From positions 169,260,001 to 169,324,000 of the forward strand of contig OZ024743.1 of assembly GCA_964016885.1 (NCBI GenBank): a stretch of DNA of 64,000 nucleotides, read 5' to 3'. The position numbers and the translations under genes were made by a program. How positions within the stretch are numbered: the stretch's first letter is position 1; each line of letters opens with the position of its first letter. Shown piece by piece: positions 13,571 to 28,199 of this stretch. The notes beneath the pieces were generated by a model that saw only the letters and a program-made list of their open reading frames with translations, did no database searches and was not told the origin of the DNA. Source of the DNA: Eledone cirrhosa. Taxonomy: Eukaryota.

Positions 13571-13615
13571 ATGCACCTACGTACGTTTCGCCCAAAAGTG
13601 GCTTCTCAAGGGCAT
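13571..13615 (-). ncRNA. Minimal type I hammerhead ribozyme motif, U3-A8 core
   Basis: Minus strand: ATGCCC-TTGAGAA-GCC-ACTTTTG-GGC-GAAA-CGTACG-TA-GGTGCAT, with a palindromic stem III and a GUA cleavage triplet. Confidence 0.65.
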
Positions 13616-13914
13616 AGAAAACAAAAAAAAATGATCTAACGCGATCCAGGAGGGGTTTTAAGGTTAAATTTACATCAGAGTTCATTCTTCGTTTAAGTAC
13701 ATGTGTTGTTACTGCCACAGAGCAAGGGGAGTAACTCCGGCCGGTGCTTGAATAATCTTCTCCCACTGCTTTTTTACCCGTTCACATGATGGTGTTTTGC
13801 GTTATTATTTTGTGGGTGCTGCTTTACTAATGCCTGTTTGAGCCGGGTCTGGGATGTATATTTAGTTCACAGATGTTTGTTTGCGCCGCCTGCCCACCGG
13901 AGTGTTATGGTTTG

Positions 13915-16592
13915 GGCAGAAAGACATAGATTCCTTTTGGAGAAAAATATGGGGTGAAAAGAAGAATTTCAACTAAGATGCAGTGTGGCGAAAAGAAATC
14001 CAAAAGAACTATTGCTCCTACACTTCAGCAAAAACATACGAAATAAGTGAGGGTACTCTGAGACTGTGATAGGAAAACTCCAAGATAAGAAAACACCAGG
14101 GAGAGACATGATTGTCGGCTGCTGGTACAAAAAAACTGATATTCTATCGGAGGTATCTTACCGACCTCTACCAACAAGTTCTTAAGGGAGATACACTTAT
14201 ACCAGAATGGTTGACATTAGCACAAACATTACTGGTCCCCAAGAACAAAGACACCCACCTGGCAAAAAACTACAGACCCATTGCGTGTCAGAACCTGATG
14301 TATAAGATGTTTACAGCCTGCCTGAACCTATTCCTCCAAGATCACTGTGACAATAATAACATCATCACAGATGAACAAGCAGCTGGAAAGAAAGGGGTTT
14401 GGGGATGTGCTGAACAACTCCTAATCAACAAAACTGCGATGTCGGAGGTGCGACAAGTTAGGAAGAAAATATGGCTACAGTCTGGCTGGACTACAGGAAA
14501 GCTTTCGATTCTGTTCCCCACTCTTGGATGATAGAGGCCCTCCGACTTGCTAAAGTCCCAGACATTATTATCAGAGCCATATAGAAGCTGTCTTCTTCTT
14601 GGGCTACTATCCTAAAGTTAAAGACAGAGAAAGAGGACTCTATTTTCACTGATAAAATAAAATATTGCAGGGGTATATTTCAGGGAGACTGTCTCTCTGT
14701 GATATTATTCATCCTGTCATTAAACTCTTGTCCTTTCTGCTCAAGAAATGGGAATGATACATCATTGGCTCACAGGAGGACAGAAATACGAACCTAACCC
14801 ATAATCTATTTGTGGATGATCTGAAACTCTATGCCAAGAACATGGATGGGATGAAGAAAAATCTGGACCTGGTTACAACATTCTCAAAGGATATAGGAAT
14901 GGAGCTTGGCCAAGATAAATGGTCATATATGACTGTAAAGCGGGGGAAAACAACAACCCAATCTAGCAACATTTGTATCAATGGCCTAACTGTTTCACCA
15001 ATATCTGATGAGAACTGCTACAGATACCTGGGGATAGATGAGAACATATCCTATAATGGCATCTGTAATAAGGAACGCGTAACCAGGGAATACTACACCC
15101 GATTAAGAAAGATATGGTCATTGGAACTCTCTGCGCAAAACAAAACAGTGGCTCCCAATGTGTTTGCTGTGCCTGTCTTAACACCAACTTTTGGAATACT
15201 CAATTGGACGATAGACGAAATCCGAGCGAAAAATACTAAACACCACCGGAAGCTTCCTCATCAACAGTGACATAGACCGCCTTTACTTGAAATGTAAGCA
15301 GGAAGGCAGAAGCCTAACATCAGTCTAGACAACATTTGAATGTCGCATCATATCCCTCCGACAACATCTACGAATCTCAAAGCGTAGGAGCCCGTCTCTC
15401 GAGCAAGTCTATCTGCATGAAACAGATAAGATCATGAGAGTTGGGAAGGAACTCCTCGAGAGGTATTCCCTGTGTGATAATCAAAAACTCACACCCAGAG
15501 AAGTCGCTCAGCAGTATCGCAGTGAATCCATGGATGAAAAACTGCATACTTATCAGCAAAAAATCATGCATGGATATGTTGCCAGGAAGCTCTACAGTGA
15601 GAGTAATGTAAATAAATAAAGTAGTCTATCTTGGAACAACAACCGCTATATTGGCTCCAACTTTGAAGGATACGCCTTTGCAATCCAAGAACAGGAAATC
15701 AACATGAAATACCTGATTCACAAAAGAGATAGGGATGCAGGCAAAACACCTAAATGTGATAACAAGTGCAGACACTGCAGAATTAACATCGAAGATGTCA
15801 CCCATGCCATAGGCAGCTGTCCAAAGATGTCATTGCGGTTCTATCTACCTATGAGGCATGATGTAGTGGCCAAAACACTGTACAATGCAATCCGTAGAAA
15901 AGATAGCCCCGATAATAAACACATTAAAAGCTACAGCAATGTGGAAGACATACATATACATAATATGAAAGAATACTGGTGGAATGTTCCAGTAAAAACC
16001 CCAATAAAATGCAGGCATAACAGACCAGAAATAATGATATGGGACAGGGAAAAGAAGCCATGCACAGTAGTGGAAGTTAGCTGTCCAGCAGATGCCAATA
16101 TAATATCAAAGATTAGCGAAAAGGAGAATATTTATGCAGAACTGATGAGAAATCTGCAGATACTCCACCCTGATTATACCTTCAGATTTATGCCTGTAAC
16201 TATTGGGGCACTGGAATATGTTAGTAACTGCCTCAATACAAATATTGAGAAGTTGGGCTTCACAGGACCAGAAAAAACACAACTAGTTAGGAAATTACAA
16301 GTACAATCCATTAATGGAACAGTAAAAATATGTAAAACATTCCAAAGATTTTGCATCTAATAACTGCATATACACATGTACAGATATTAAGCATATACAC
16401 ATGCACATATACAACTCAAAACGTACACATCCAGACATACAATAACATCCATACTGGCACATACATGCATGCAGACATGCAGACATATCTACCTAGATGA
16501 TGTTCTGTAAATTCCAATGAGAGAGTCTTGTGTCTAAGTTAGAAACCGACTCTCTCTATTGGCAAAAATTTGTGAAATTATAAAACCAGAAG
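13915..16592 (+). mobile_element. R4/Dong-like element 2: RT, CCHC, RLE and 3' UTR, degenerate
   Basis: YRPIACQNLMYK, DYRKAFDSVPHSW, FQGD and FVDDLKLYAK (RT); CRHC...EDVTHAIGSC and RHD; NRPEIMIWD...VVEVSCP (RLE). The tail ends at (TACA)/(TA) repeats. Confidence 0.87.
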
Positions 16593-16650
16593 AACATACA
16601 TATATATACACATTCTCATACAGACACACATACATACACACATACACGCT

Positions 16651-17032
16651 TACATGGTGGCTGCCAACTCGTTTTCGAGTACGGCCACTACTTTATATCC
16701 ATGTAGGAGAACCCCAACTGATGCGCTGAACGAGTTTGACTTTTTAGTCCAGCCAGCGACTTGAAAACTCTGGTACAAACACTACACTTGTTACAGTTAC
16801 TGACACATAGTGCTGGGCCCATGGTACCATGTGATGACAAGTGCAGAGAGATCTCCAGATATAAAGCAATGCCTGTGCCGTGAAGCTTTTATAGTGAGCA
16901 AAGGCACTGCACAAAGCCAGTCCCACTCTCTTAACCAAGATGATATTTACCAAAAAGAAGAACAAGTCAACATCAGTGGATACCATCAGGGTTGCAGGTT
17001 TTCCTTCTCCTAGAATTCTGCCTTGACAAAGG
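16651..17032. mobile_element. ~390-bp dispersed non-autonomous repeat, copy 1
   Basis: Highly similar to 37962-38356 with the same two ends, flanked by TACA/TA microsatellites. Confidence 0.75.
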
Positions 17033-17526
17033 TTAAGGGGTCATCTCTCACGCTTACATACATACATACATACATATATACATACATATATACACACATA
17101 CACACTCATAAAGACACATACATACACACATACATACACACATACATACACACATACACACACACATACATTCAAACATACATACAATCATACATACATA
17201 TATCAGTACCATGATATTACTGCCGTTAACGTGACAATATCAACACTACTATCACCAACACCGACACCCTCACTGAAACCACACCTCCACCACCACAACC
17301 ATCAACATTACAAGTGCCCACAACACCAGCCAGGCCACGCTGGTAACACTACAACCACTACTACCACCAATACAACCACCACCACAAACACCACCAATGT
17401 GGTTACACATATTCACCGCCACTGCTGGTATTGAGTAAGACTCCATCACGATCATTAGTTCTAATATTATTTGTAAGCACTTCCACTGAAAATGTAAGAA
17501 TATTACCGCCACCATCTAAACAACTA

Positions 17527-17537
17527 CCACCACCACC

Positions 17538-17622
<85 letters not shown>

Positions 17623-17681
17623 AGTTCGCTGACCGAAATCCGTGGATGTATCAGTGTGAACAGGATTATATAAAATATGCC

Positions 17682-17747
<66 letters not shown>

Positions 17748-17772
17748 GGTGGTAGTGGTGGTGATGGTGGTG
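17527..17772. repeat. (CCA)n(CTA)n - 60-bp spacer - (GTA)n(GTG)n complementary microsatellite pair
   Basis: Read directly from the sequence; the two tracts are reverse complements of each other. Confidence 0.9.
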
Positions 17773-17887
17773 GAATGGTGATGTTTGTGGTGGTATTTAG
17801 ATTATATATTAAATAATCACTTTTGGGTGTGTCAGTTTCTCGCGCTTTTAAACAACATTTGTTGAAAGCTGTTCTTTTTGAACTGAT

Positions 17888-18200
17888 ATTGGCATAATCG
17901 GTTGAGCATCAGACAAAATGCCATACTTCTTTTTGTGTTCTCAATTAAAATCCCACTGAAGCCGATTGAAAGACAAATCAGTCATGTATTGGTTCAATTA
18001 CGCTTAATATATCTGATCGTGTACTTATAAATCATTATGTAGAGAGCAGATATAATTGTGTGGCTGAAAAGTTTGCTTCCTAACCAAGTGATTCTGAATT
18101 TCATAACCGATCCCACTGCGTTTCTCTTTGTAAATCCAGGCTGACTAATTCATTGTGAGTGACATTTGGGAGATAGATACTGTGAGGCAAGCCAGAACAA
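17888..18200 (+). mobile_element. Two decayed tRNA-derived SINE fragments (Octopus-type)
   Basis: TGGCATAATCGGTTGAGCATCAGACAAAATGC and GTGTGGCTG..AAGTTTGCTTCCTAACCA..TCCCACTGCG..TTGTGAGTG resemble cephalopod SINE heads as I recall them; not searched. Confidence 0.5.
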
Positions 18201-19011
18201 ATTCCGCAATGAATTGCGTTTTACGCTCGAACGTCTCTCATATTTCACCACCTAATATGTCGTGGGTGTGAGAAAGACAGTGAGAGAGGGGGGGAGAAGA
18301 GGGGGGGGGGATAGGGGAAAAGGGTGACAGAGAGACACCTTATCAGTAATTTCTCAATTAGCCGAGTCTTTTCTAGTTTTGTTAAACTGATTTTCACAAA
18401 ACGAGAAAGAATATAACTTAGCTAATTCAGAAAGTACAATTACAAGATATTAATTTCAGCGTGGAAATATGCAAAACATTTAAACCAGTAATAGGTACAT
18501 TAGGTATACAAATGAACGTATATATATAGCGGGGTGAATAGTAGTGTGGATAGTTGGTTATGTTGTGGTGTTGATTCATTTATTGCATGTCTGCTCACTT
18601 GTAGATTGTTGAGTGTTGTGGTCGCTGTTGACAGTGTGACCAGAGATTGCGTGTGTGCAAGTAAGTGAGTAAGTGTTCATTTAGATGATGATGATATAAT
18701 GGTTCCTCAATCACGCAGGAAATGAAATATATAAAAAAAAACACTATAACACAAAGCCGCTATATTACTATTTATTGAATATAGCTTACGCCGAAGCTGT
18801 ATGAAAATACACTAAGAGCAAATGAGCAAATAAACACAGATGAATTGTGTGACGTTATTTGTCAAGATGTGCGTGCGTTTTCTGTTTGTTTGTAAAAGTA
18901 TTAAAGTTACTAAAACTTCATTGGTGTGCTGAACTTCGTTGGCTTGGTCGAGAGAGAGAGAGAGAGAGTAAGTAAGACCAAAAGGGTCTGTTCTGTGTAA
19001 AACAATAAACT

Positions 19012-20001
<990 letters not shown>

Positions 20002-20617
20002 AATGTAGAAAAGTAACACACGAGTTGATATATATAAAAACAAATAATAGAAAGGAAAAAGATTCTTTCAGTAGAAAATGTTGAAGAGACATTTTTCAGA
20101 GAGGTATGAAAACAGTAATTTATTTACAATACCGGTTTCAGCATTAAATGCATTGTCAATTGCAGATAAGCAGAATATTGGTAAGTTGAACATTTGTACA
20201 AATAGTGATAATAGTAATAATAATGATGAAGGCAATGAAAATAATATAAAATGCGGAAGAAAAAAAATTAATTAATTTTCACATACATGTTCTTTCAGAG
20301 AAGTCATTTCTCTGTGTCTTTTATACTCTGCTCCAAGCTAGAAGCATATATATATATATATATACAAATTTAAATTTATATTCTGGAATGTATCATGAAA
20401 TGGCCGTATAAGTGAACTTTAGACAATTTAGGTTTGATTCTTTCTATAAGTGAGTACATTTATTAGTTATCATTCTATATATATGTACATGATATTGGTT
20501 GTTTCTCAACTAGATGCATTAAAGAGACTTTTTCGTATATCATTTGAATTTGTATAAATTATGCTCTGAGATTAATGTTCATTGAATTTTCTTTGATGAT
20601 TAAGTTAATCAATATAC

Positions 20618-20681
<64 letters not shown>

Positions 20682-21235
20682 TAAACGGAATAGAAAATGC
20701 TGACAAATTGTTCACAGTTGAAAAATGGTTTAATTAGGAATAAAAGAGTATTAGTGATTGTATGGGCTAGTATTCAGTTGTGGTTTTAAGTTTTTAAGTT
20801 TTTACCGGTTGCGTATTTCTAAATGCTTTTCAAAAATAATTTTGAGATAGAGTGTCCGTGCTGTTTGCTCTGATCTGATTAGTTTTGGGAATTCTACCTG
20901 TTTTTATGTTAAAAAAGTGGCTCCAATTTGCAAAAGTTCTTGTGGTCAAAACAATTTTGATTGGCCAGTAGAGGTCATGTGAATGTAAAAAATTGATTTT
21001 GCGCCAAGACTGTTTTTATGTTAAAAAAGTGGCTCCAGCAAAAATTATTGTGGTCAAAACAATTTTGATTGGTCGGTAGAGGTCATGTGAATAAAAAATT
21101 GGTTTTGCGCCAAGATTGAGAAATGACTCTTTCACAACAAATGTGTGTGTGTGTGGGGGGGGGTAGTAGTAGTAGTAAGGTGTTCGATGTTGTGATAATG
21201 GTTAGCAGCGATGTGTGTCAAATGGCTGTTAAGAT

Positions 21236-21306
<71 letters not shown>

Positions 21307-21679
21307 TGTGTGTGTGTGTATAGCAGAGTAATTCGTGGTGGCAGGGATGGTCAGTAAGAATGTGTCTGAAAGCAATGGGGGGTATTTTAGCATGTCAAAA
21401 GATATTTTTCAGCTTTTGTCTTATACGGAGAAGTGCGTGTGTGTGTCGTGTGTATATATAAGTCTCTTTGTATGTTGATGTACGCGTGTGTATGTGTGTG
21501 TGTATATGTGTGTGTGTGTGTGGGGGTGGACCAGTATTTTTTCCCCCTGGTAAAATGGTGTACATTATTAGATTTTTTCAGTAAAATCGGTTCTCTTAAT
21601 AGAACATCAAAAATCTTAACAATAAGAGGTGTGAAATGATATTCACTATATATATATATACACACACATATATATTCAC

Positions 21680-21719
<40 letters not shown>

Positions 21720-22182
21720 TATATATATGCACATATATCTTTTTGTGTTGCACCATAGAGCATGTGTGTTTACGTATGTCATTGTGTTTATATGTGGGTA
21801 GAGAGGTGTGCTGATGTAGGTATGTATGTTGACGTGTGTATGTTGTGGGTTCGTCTTAGGGAGAAGTGTTTAGACGGGGTCCGTATTTGTTAATGAAGTA
21901 AGATTCCTTGCTGATGCGCTGGGTGTGGGTGGCATTATTTTTAAATTTGTAGAGGGAAAGATTCTGAAGTTGGTAAAAACTTAAAAACTTAAAAACTTAA
22001 AAACTTAAAACCACAACTGAATACTAACCCATACAATCACTAATACTCTTTTATTCCTAATTAAACCATTTTTCAACTGTGAACAATTTGTCAGCATTTT
22101 CTATTCCGTTTACCAATATATAATAACTTGTGTGTTACACCTCTATTCTTTTAACTATCATATCCTCACACGAGATACAGAA

Positions 22183-23449
22183 AATGCCAACAAAAACGGA
22201 TACAACCCTCATCAACTCAAATGAAGAGATCCTACAGGAACTCAAGAAAATCAACACCAACCTATCTTTGCTGGTCGACAAACTTGACTCCACAAATAAG
22301 GAAACCGCCACCGGATACAAACCATCCGAAATCGGCGACAAACTCCAAAACCTTTGCGATACTATCCAAACTATGTTCACTACTACCAACCCAGGAAAAA
22401 CCAACGAAGAACCATGTGAGATTGATTCACACAAAATGAAAATTCGAACAATTCCAACATGGAACAAATCCCTCAGAGACAGAAAGTTCTCATTCTGGAA
22501 GATGATACAAAATCACAACAAAGCAGAGATATATGAAAAATGGCTTAACTCAACCCCTCTAACTCTCCCCCGTAAACTACAAATAAAGTCCATTTCAAAT
22601 GAACCCGAACCTCAAAGACACCTTAGGGAAAGAATGGCATTGGAAAAAATGAAGACAGATATTGAACTTCTTAAACTGAGGGCCCAGACAAATGAGGAAA
22701 AAATCAAAACCATCGATGAAGAGATCCTCCTGGAAATCAACAACAAAACTGAAGGCCCCAAGGTAGAGAAGTTCTCCAAATTATGGAAATGGGACTGCAA
22801 CAGAGAAGAACTGAAATCCCTTCAACGCTGGGAAAAAAGTGCCGCTTGGTTCCTACACTATGAATCGACTTTTCAAACGGATTACACCTCCAATAACCCG
22901 TTCATTAAAATAGGAAAACCCATAACTGAACCGCACAACAACTTCTCAAACACCCAAGCCTCTAACAAACGAAGAAGGAAGCACCACACCGAAGATGAAC
23001 TTCCCAAACTCGCTACCATAAGAAGGAACAAAAACCCAAGAAATCATCTCCCCCAGAATGACATTTACAACTTTCCCCCTTCAAGGAGACACCATACCAA
23101 ATCACTCAACTACTACGCGGATGCCTCATCGTCAAACATAGGGAAAAGATACCACCGATGTAACAACTTCCCCGCTTCAAGGGGACAGCAAGGTAATTAC
23201 CATTTTCTCAACTCTCGCTTCCACAATACACAACAAACCCACACCACACGATACAACCAACAACGTAGGCCACTTATAACACCACAATACAACAGGAACA
23301 CCCCATTCAATCTACAACCACCAACCCGAACCACATTTTACAACAACAAGGAATATAACAAACACAGGAGACCACTTAACATCAGCAGACAACCCCTCTA
23401 CCCCAACCATTTTTTAGACACAGCACACAGATACAGGCAAACAAAATAA
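22183..23449 (+). CDS. PLE ORF1-like protein (predicted coiled-coil N-terminal half, basic low-complexity C-terminal half)
   Basis: Uninterrupted ORF of more than 420 codons; first ATG at 22183 (MPTKTD). It has heptad-like Leu/Glu/Lys-rich segments and ends just after the in-phase T TTT TTA at 23410-23416. Confidence 0.65.
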
Positions 23450-25738
23450 CACAAGACAGGGAGGAGAAACCTATAGTAATAAAAATTATCAATCTTACTA
23501 CTGCAGAACCAACATCCAACCTTATCAACTTACTCTCCAAAGGTCTTAAATTCAGACCGACCTCCCTACGTCCTAACTACTATGAAATGAAGGAAGACAT
23601 CACAGACTTCTGTAGAAAGTTACGACTTAGTGAACAACTATTCGACCAGTACAATGAGGATGAATCATTAGCCAGAAATAGAAGCAATTACACCCCTTCA
23701 AAAGGTAGAAATAAAATCCTGGACGAATTCCGTGAACACATCACAAACTTCCCTTACCAACACTTGCACCGACAAAAACACAAGCCAAACCTCAACAAGA
23801 AAGAATGGGAAGAATTAAATAGATTAAAAACCGACAGAACCATTACAATTAAAGAGGCTGATAAAGGGAGTACAGTAGTCCTAATGGAGACAGAATTCTA
23901 TATCAACTTAGCGCTCTCCACTTTGGAAAACGAAACATACTACGAAAAGGCTGAACACTACAATCAACAGAAAATTAAGAGAAACCTAAAAACTCTAATC
24001 AACCAATACAAAGAAGGACTCACTAACAAGGAATTCAGCTTCATCACAGACATCACAGACTTCACAAGTAAATCCAGCCTTTTCTACGGTATCCCTAAAG
24101 TACATAAAAGCGAATCAATAAGTAAGGCATGCAAGGAAGCCACAGACATAGTCATCAATGTCCCCTCACCCAATGATCTCAAATTAAGACCCCGCAGGCC
24201 CCGCTTGCGTAACGCACCGTCTTAGCAACTTCATTGATACCCTTCTCAAACCCTTCCTCAAGCACATCAAAAGCTATATAAGGGACGACCTAGATATGCT
24301 CAATCACCTCCCTAATATGCCACTTTCTGAACAAACCCTACTAGTGACGTTCGATGTAGTCAACCTATACTCCAACATCCCCCACAACCTAGGAATAGAA
24401 GCTATCCAATTCTAGCTGGATAATTTCCACAATGAACTCCCACAACGCATCAAGAAAGAATTCGTGATAGAGGGACTCAAATTTATCTTGGAGAACAATT
24501 ACTTCGTTTTCAATAACAAACCCTACAGGCAGAAATCTGGGACCGCTATGGGAACGAAAACAGCCCCTACTTATGCCAACCTAGTCATGGGATACCTGGA
24601 AATCACCCTCTACACTAAAGTCCTAAACGAATTTGGAAACACCCTCCACTTACACATTGAAAGGAACTGGAAGCGATATCTAGATGACTGCTTCATCCTT
24701 TGGCACGAAAACATCGAAAAACTTAAAGAATTTCACACCCTTATAAATGGGCTCAACATAAATATTAACTTCACGATGGAATACAGCCATCAACAACTCC
24801 CCTTCCTCGCCATCCTCATTAAGATCCATAACAAAAAAATAGAGACAGACATATACTACAAGCCCACAGACTCCATGCAATATCTCCCCTTCAACTCTTG
24901 CCACCCTAGACACGTTAAAATTAATATTCCCTACAACTTAGCCAAGAGAATCTGTACTATAGTCTCCAATAAAAACATCTGCTACTTACGGCTACAAGAA
25001 CTAAAGGACACACTCATACGCAGGGACTACCCTGCATCACTAATTGACAATGGAATCCAACGTGCCCTAAAACTCAGTACCCAGGACCTTAGACACCCTA
25101 AAGTAAATCAACCAAAACTAAAAGCTCTTCCATACATCACCACACACAACCCCCTCAACAATGAGGCCTTTGACACCATCCTCCAGAACATCCCTGTATT
25201 GAAAAAGGACCATAGAATGAACCAAATTCTACGAACACACGATATCATAAAGAGCAAAAGACAATCCAAGTCAATGAAAAACATCTTAACACATGACAAA
25301 GTACTGCCAACCACAACAACGAAACCCACAGTAAAAAAATGCGATAGACCCAACTGTGGCATTTGCATCAACCTAATAGAGGGTTCGGAATTCTATTTCA
25401 AAGATGGACAACGTTTTATAGTAAAACACAATTTCACATGTGCATCGGAAAATCTAATATATGTATTAACTTGTTCAGGTTGTCGAGAACAATACATAGG
25501 CCAGACCAAAAACAGCCTCCGCCAACGCATGACTGTCCATAGATCCCAAATCAAAATACGGGAATACAGGAAAATACCACTGAGTGAACACATTGATATC
25601 TGTGCCGCCCCAAATCATCCCAACTTCAGAATCTTTCCCCTCTACAAATTTAAAGATAATGCCACCCACACCCAGCGCATCAGCAAGGAATCTTACTTCA
25701 TTAACAAATATGGACCCCGTCTAAACACTTCTCCCTAA
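23416..25738 (+). pseudogene. PLE reverse transcriptase-GIY-YIG ORF, disrupted
   Basis: The -1 frame is open from 23416 through IINLT...LLSKGLKFRPT into ORF 23587-24225. There is a frameshift near 24190 and a TAG near 24413, then ORF 24464-25738 carries YLDD and the GIY-YIG domain. Confidence 0.88.
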
Positions 25739-25874
25739 GACGAACCCACAACATACACACGTCAACATACATACCTACATCAGCACACATCTCTACCCAC
25801 ATATAAACACAATGAGATACGTAAACACACATGCTCTATGGTGCAACACAAGAAGATATATGTGCATATATATA

Positions 25875-25944
<70 letters not shown>

Positions 25945-26275
25945 ATATATATGTGTGTGTATATATATATAGTGAATATCATTTCACACCTTTTATTGTT
26001 AAGATTTTTGATGTTCTATTAAGAGAACCGATTTTACTGAAAAAATCGAATAATGTACACCATTTTACCAGGGGGAAAAAAATACTGGTCCACCCCCACA
26101 CACACACACACATATATATACACACACACATACACACGCGTACATCAACATACAAAGAGACTTATATATACACACCACACACACTTCTCCGTGTAAGACA
26201 AAAGCTGAAAAATATCTTTTGACATGCTTTCAGACACATTCTTACTGACCATCCCTGCCACCACGAATTACTCTG

Positions 26276-26343
<68 letters not shown>

Positions 26344-26939
26344 ATCTTAATAGCCATTTGACACACATCGCTGCTAACCATTATAACAACATCGAACACC
26401 TTACTACTACTACACACACACACACACACACACACACATATTTGTTGTGAAAGAGTCATTTCTCAATCTTGGCGCAAAACCAATTTTTTATTCACATGAC
26501 CTCTACCGACCAATCAAAATTGTTTTGACCACAAGAATTTTTGCTGGGGCCTCTTTTTTAACATAAAAACAGTCTTGGCGCAAAATCAATTTTTTACATT
26601 CACATGACCTCTACCGGCCAATCAAAATTGTTTTGACCACAAGAACTTTTGCAAATTGGAGCCACTTTTTTAACATAAAAACATGTAGAATTCCCAAAAC
26701 TAATCAGATCAGAGCAAACAGCACGGACACTCTATCTCAAAATTATTTTTGAAAAGCATTTAGAAATGCGCAACCGGTAAAAACTTAAAAACTTAAAACC
26801 ACAACTGAATACTAACCCATACAATCACTAATACTCTTTTATTCCTAATTAAACCATTTTTCAACTGTGAACAATTTGTCAGCATTTTCTATTCCGTTTA
26901 CCAATATATAATAACTTGTGTGTTACACCTCTATTCTTT

Positions 26940-26992
<53 letters not shown>

Positions 26993-28199
26993 TATGAAAA
27001 ATAGTAAAGACAATCACAAATCTAACACGCTCAATAATACAAAAAATGTCGTTAGTTTAACGCAGAGGTTCTCAAACAGTTTGACCCCCACCCACGGCCA
27101 CGCAATACCCTCAGCGTCCACACCCCTATTTCCAGAGAGACCTGTCTACACGCAAATTGTATGTAACATATAATAAACACCTTAGGCGAAACAATATTCA
27201 TTGTGTAATGTTTTGTTGGTGTCCAAATGAATAAATTGTTGCTACAGACTCACAGACATATGCTCTCACATACACTCACATACATATACTAAGACAGACA
27301 CACACAGGCATACATTCACGCAGACGCACGCATAGTTTTTCACCTCAATTGTTTTGTCAGTTGCGACATATGTATATGCAAGTGTAGATGTGTGTGTGTG
27401 TATTTAATAACGTACCTAATGAACACGCGCACACACACTCACAGACACATACATATTCATATACAAAATGTGACGCCATTGTGTTGTTTTCTATTGTTTT
27501 AATTCAAATGAAAATAAAAATTATCACACATACACTCACACACACATACACTCTCACATACAGTCACACACACATACACTCTCACACACACACTCTCACA
27601 TACACTCACACACACTCTCTCATACACTCACATACATATACTAAGACAGACACACACAAGCATTCATTCACGCACACCTATTACTTCTCTGTCAACACAT
27701 ATGCATCTGTATGTGTAGATGTGTGCATGTGTTTAATTGTCTGTGTGTGAAGATGTGTATCAACTTACTAAGGTTATATGTATGTGTAGATGTGTGTGTG
27801 TGTGTTTAATTCTGAGGCCTAACGTTAAAATAAAAATTATCATAATACGCTCACACACACATACACTCACACACACATCACTCTCACACACACATACACT
27901 CACACACACACACATACACTCTTACATATATATACTAAGATAGACACATACAGACATACATTCACGCACACCTATTACTTGTCTTTCAACACATGTATAT
28001 ATGTGTGTAGATGTGTGTGTGTGTGTTAAATTCTCTGTGTGTGAAGACAATGTGTATGCAACATACTAAGGCTATATATATGTGTATATGTGTGTGTGTG
28101 TGTGTTTAATTCTCTGAGACCTAACGTACGTAACGAACTCACAAACGCACACGCAGACACATACACACTCATATACAACATACACACTCATATACAAAA

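Larger units (their letters stand above)
20672..26945 (+). mobile_element. Penelope-like element (Neptune-like, C-terminal GIY-YIG) with direct pLTR and upstream inverted 3' copy, flanked by (TA)n
   Basis: 20672-21973 is the reverse complement of about 25619-26910, and 21972-22157 is a direct repeat of about 26776-26945. RT motifs: LLSKGLKF.PT, KEADKG, FYGIPKVHK, GTAMGT..AP.YANL, YLDD. These are followed by a Cys linker and NLIYVLTCSGCREQYIGQT...HI (GIY-YIG). Confidence 0.93.
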
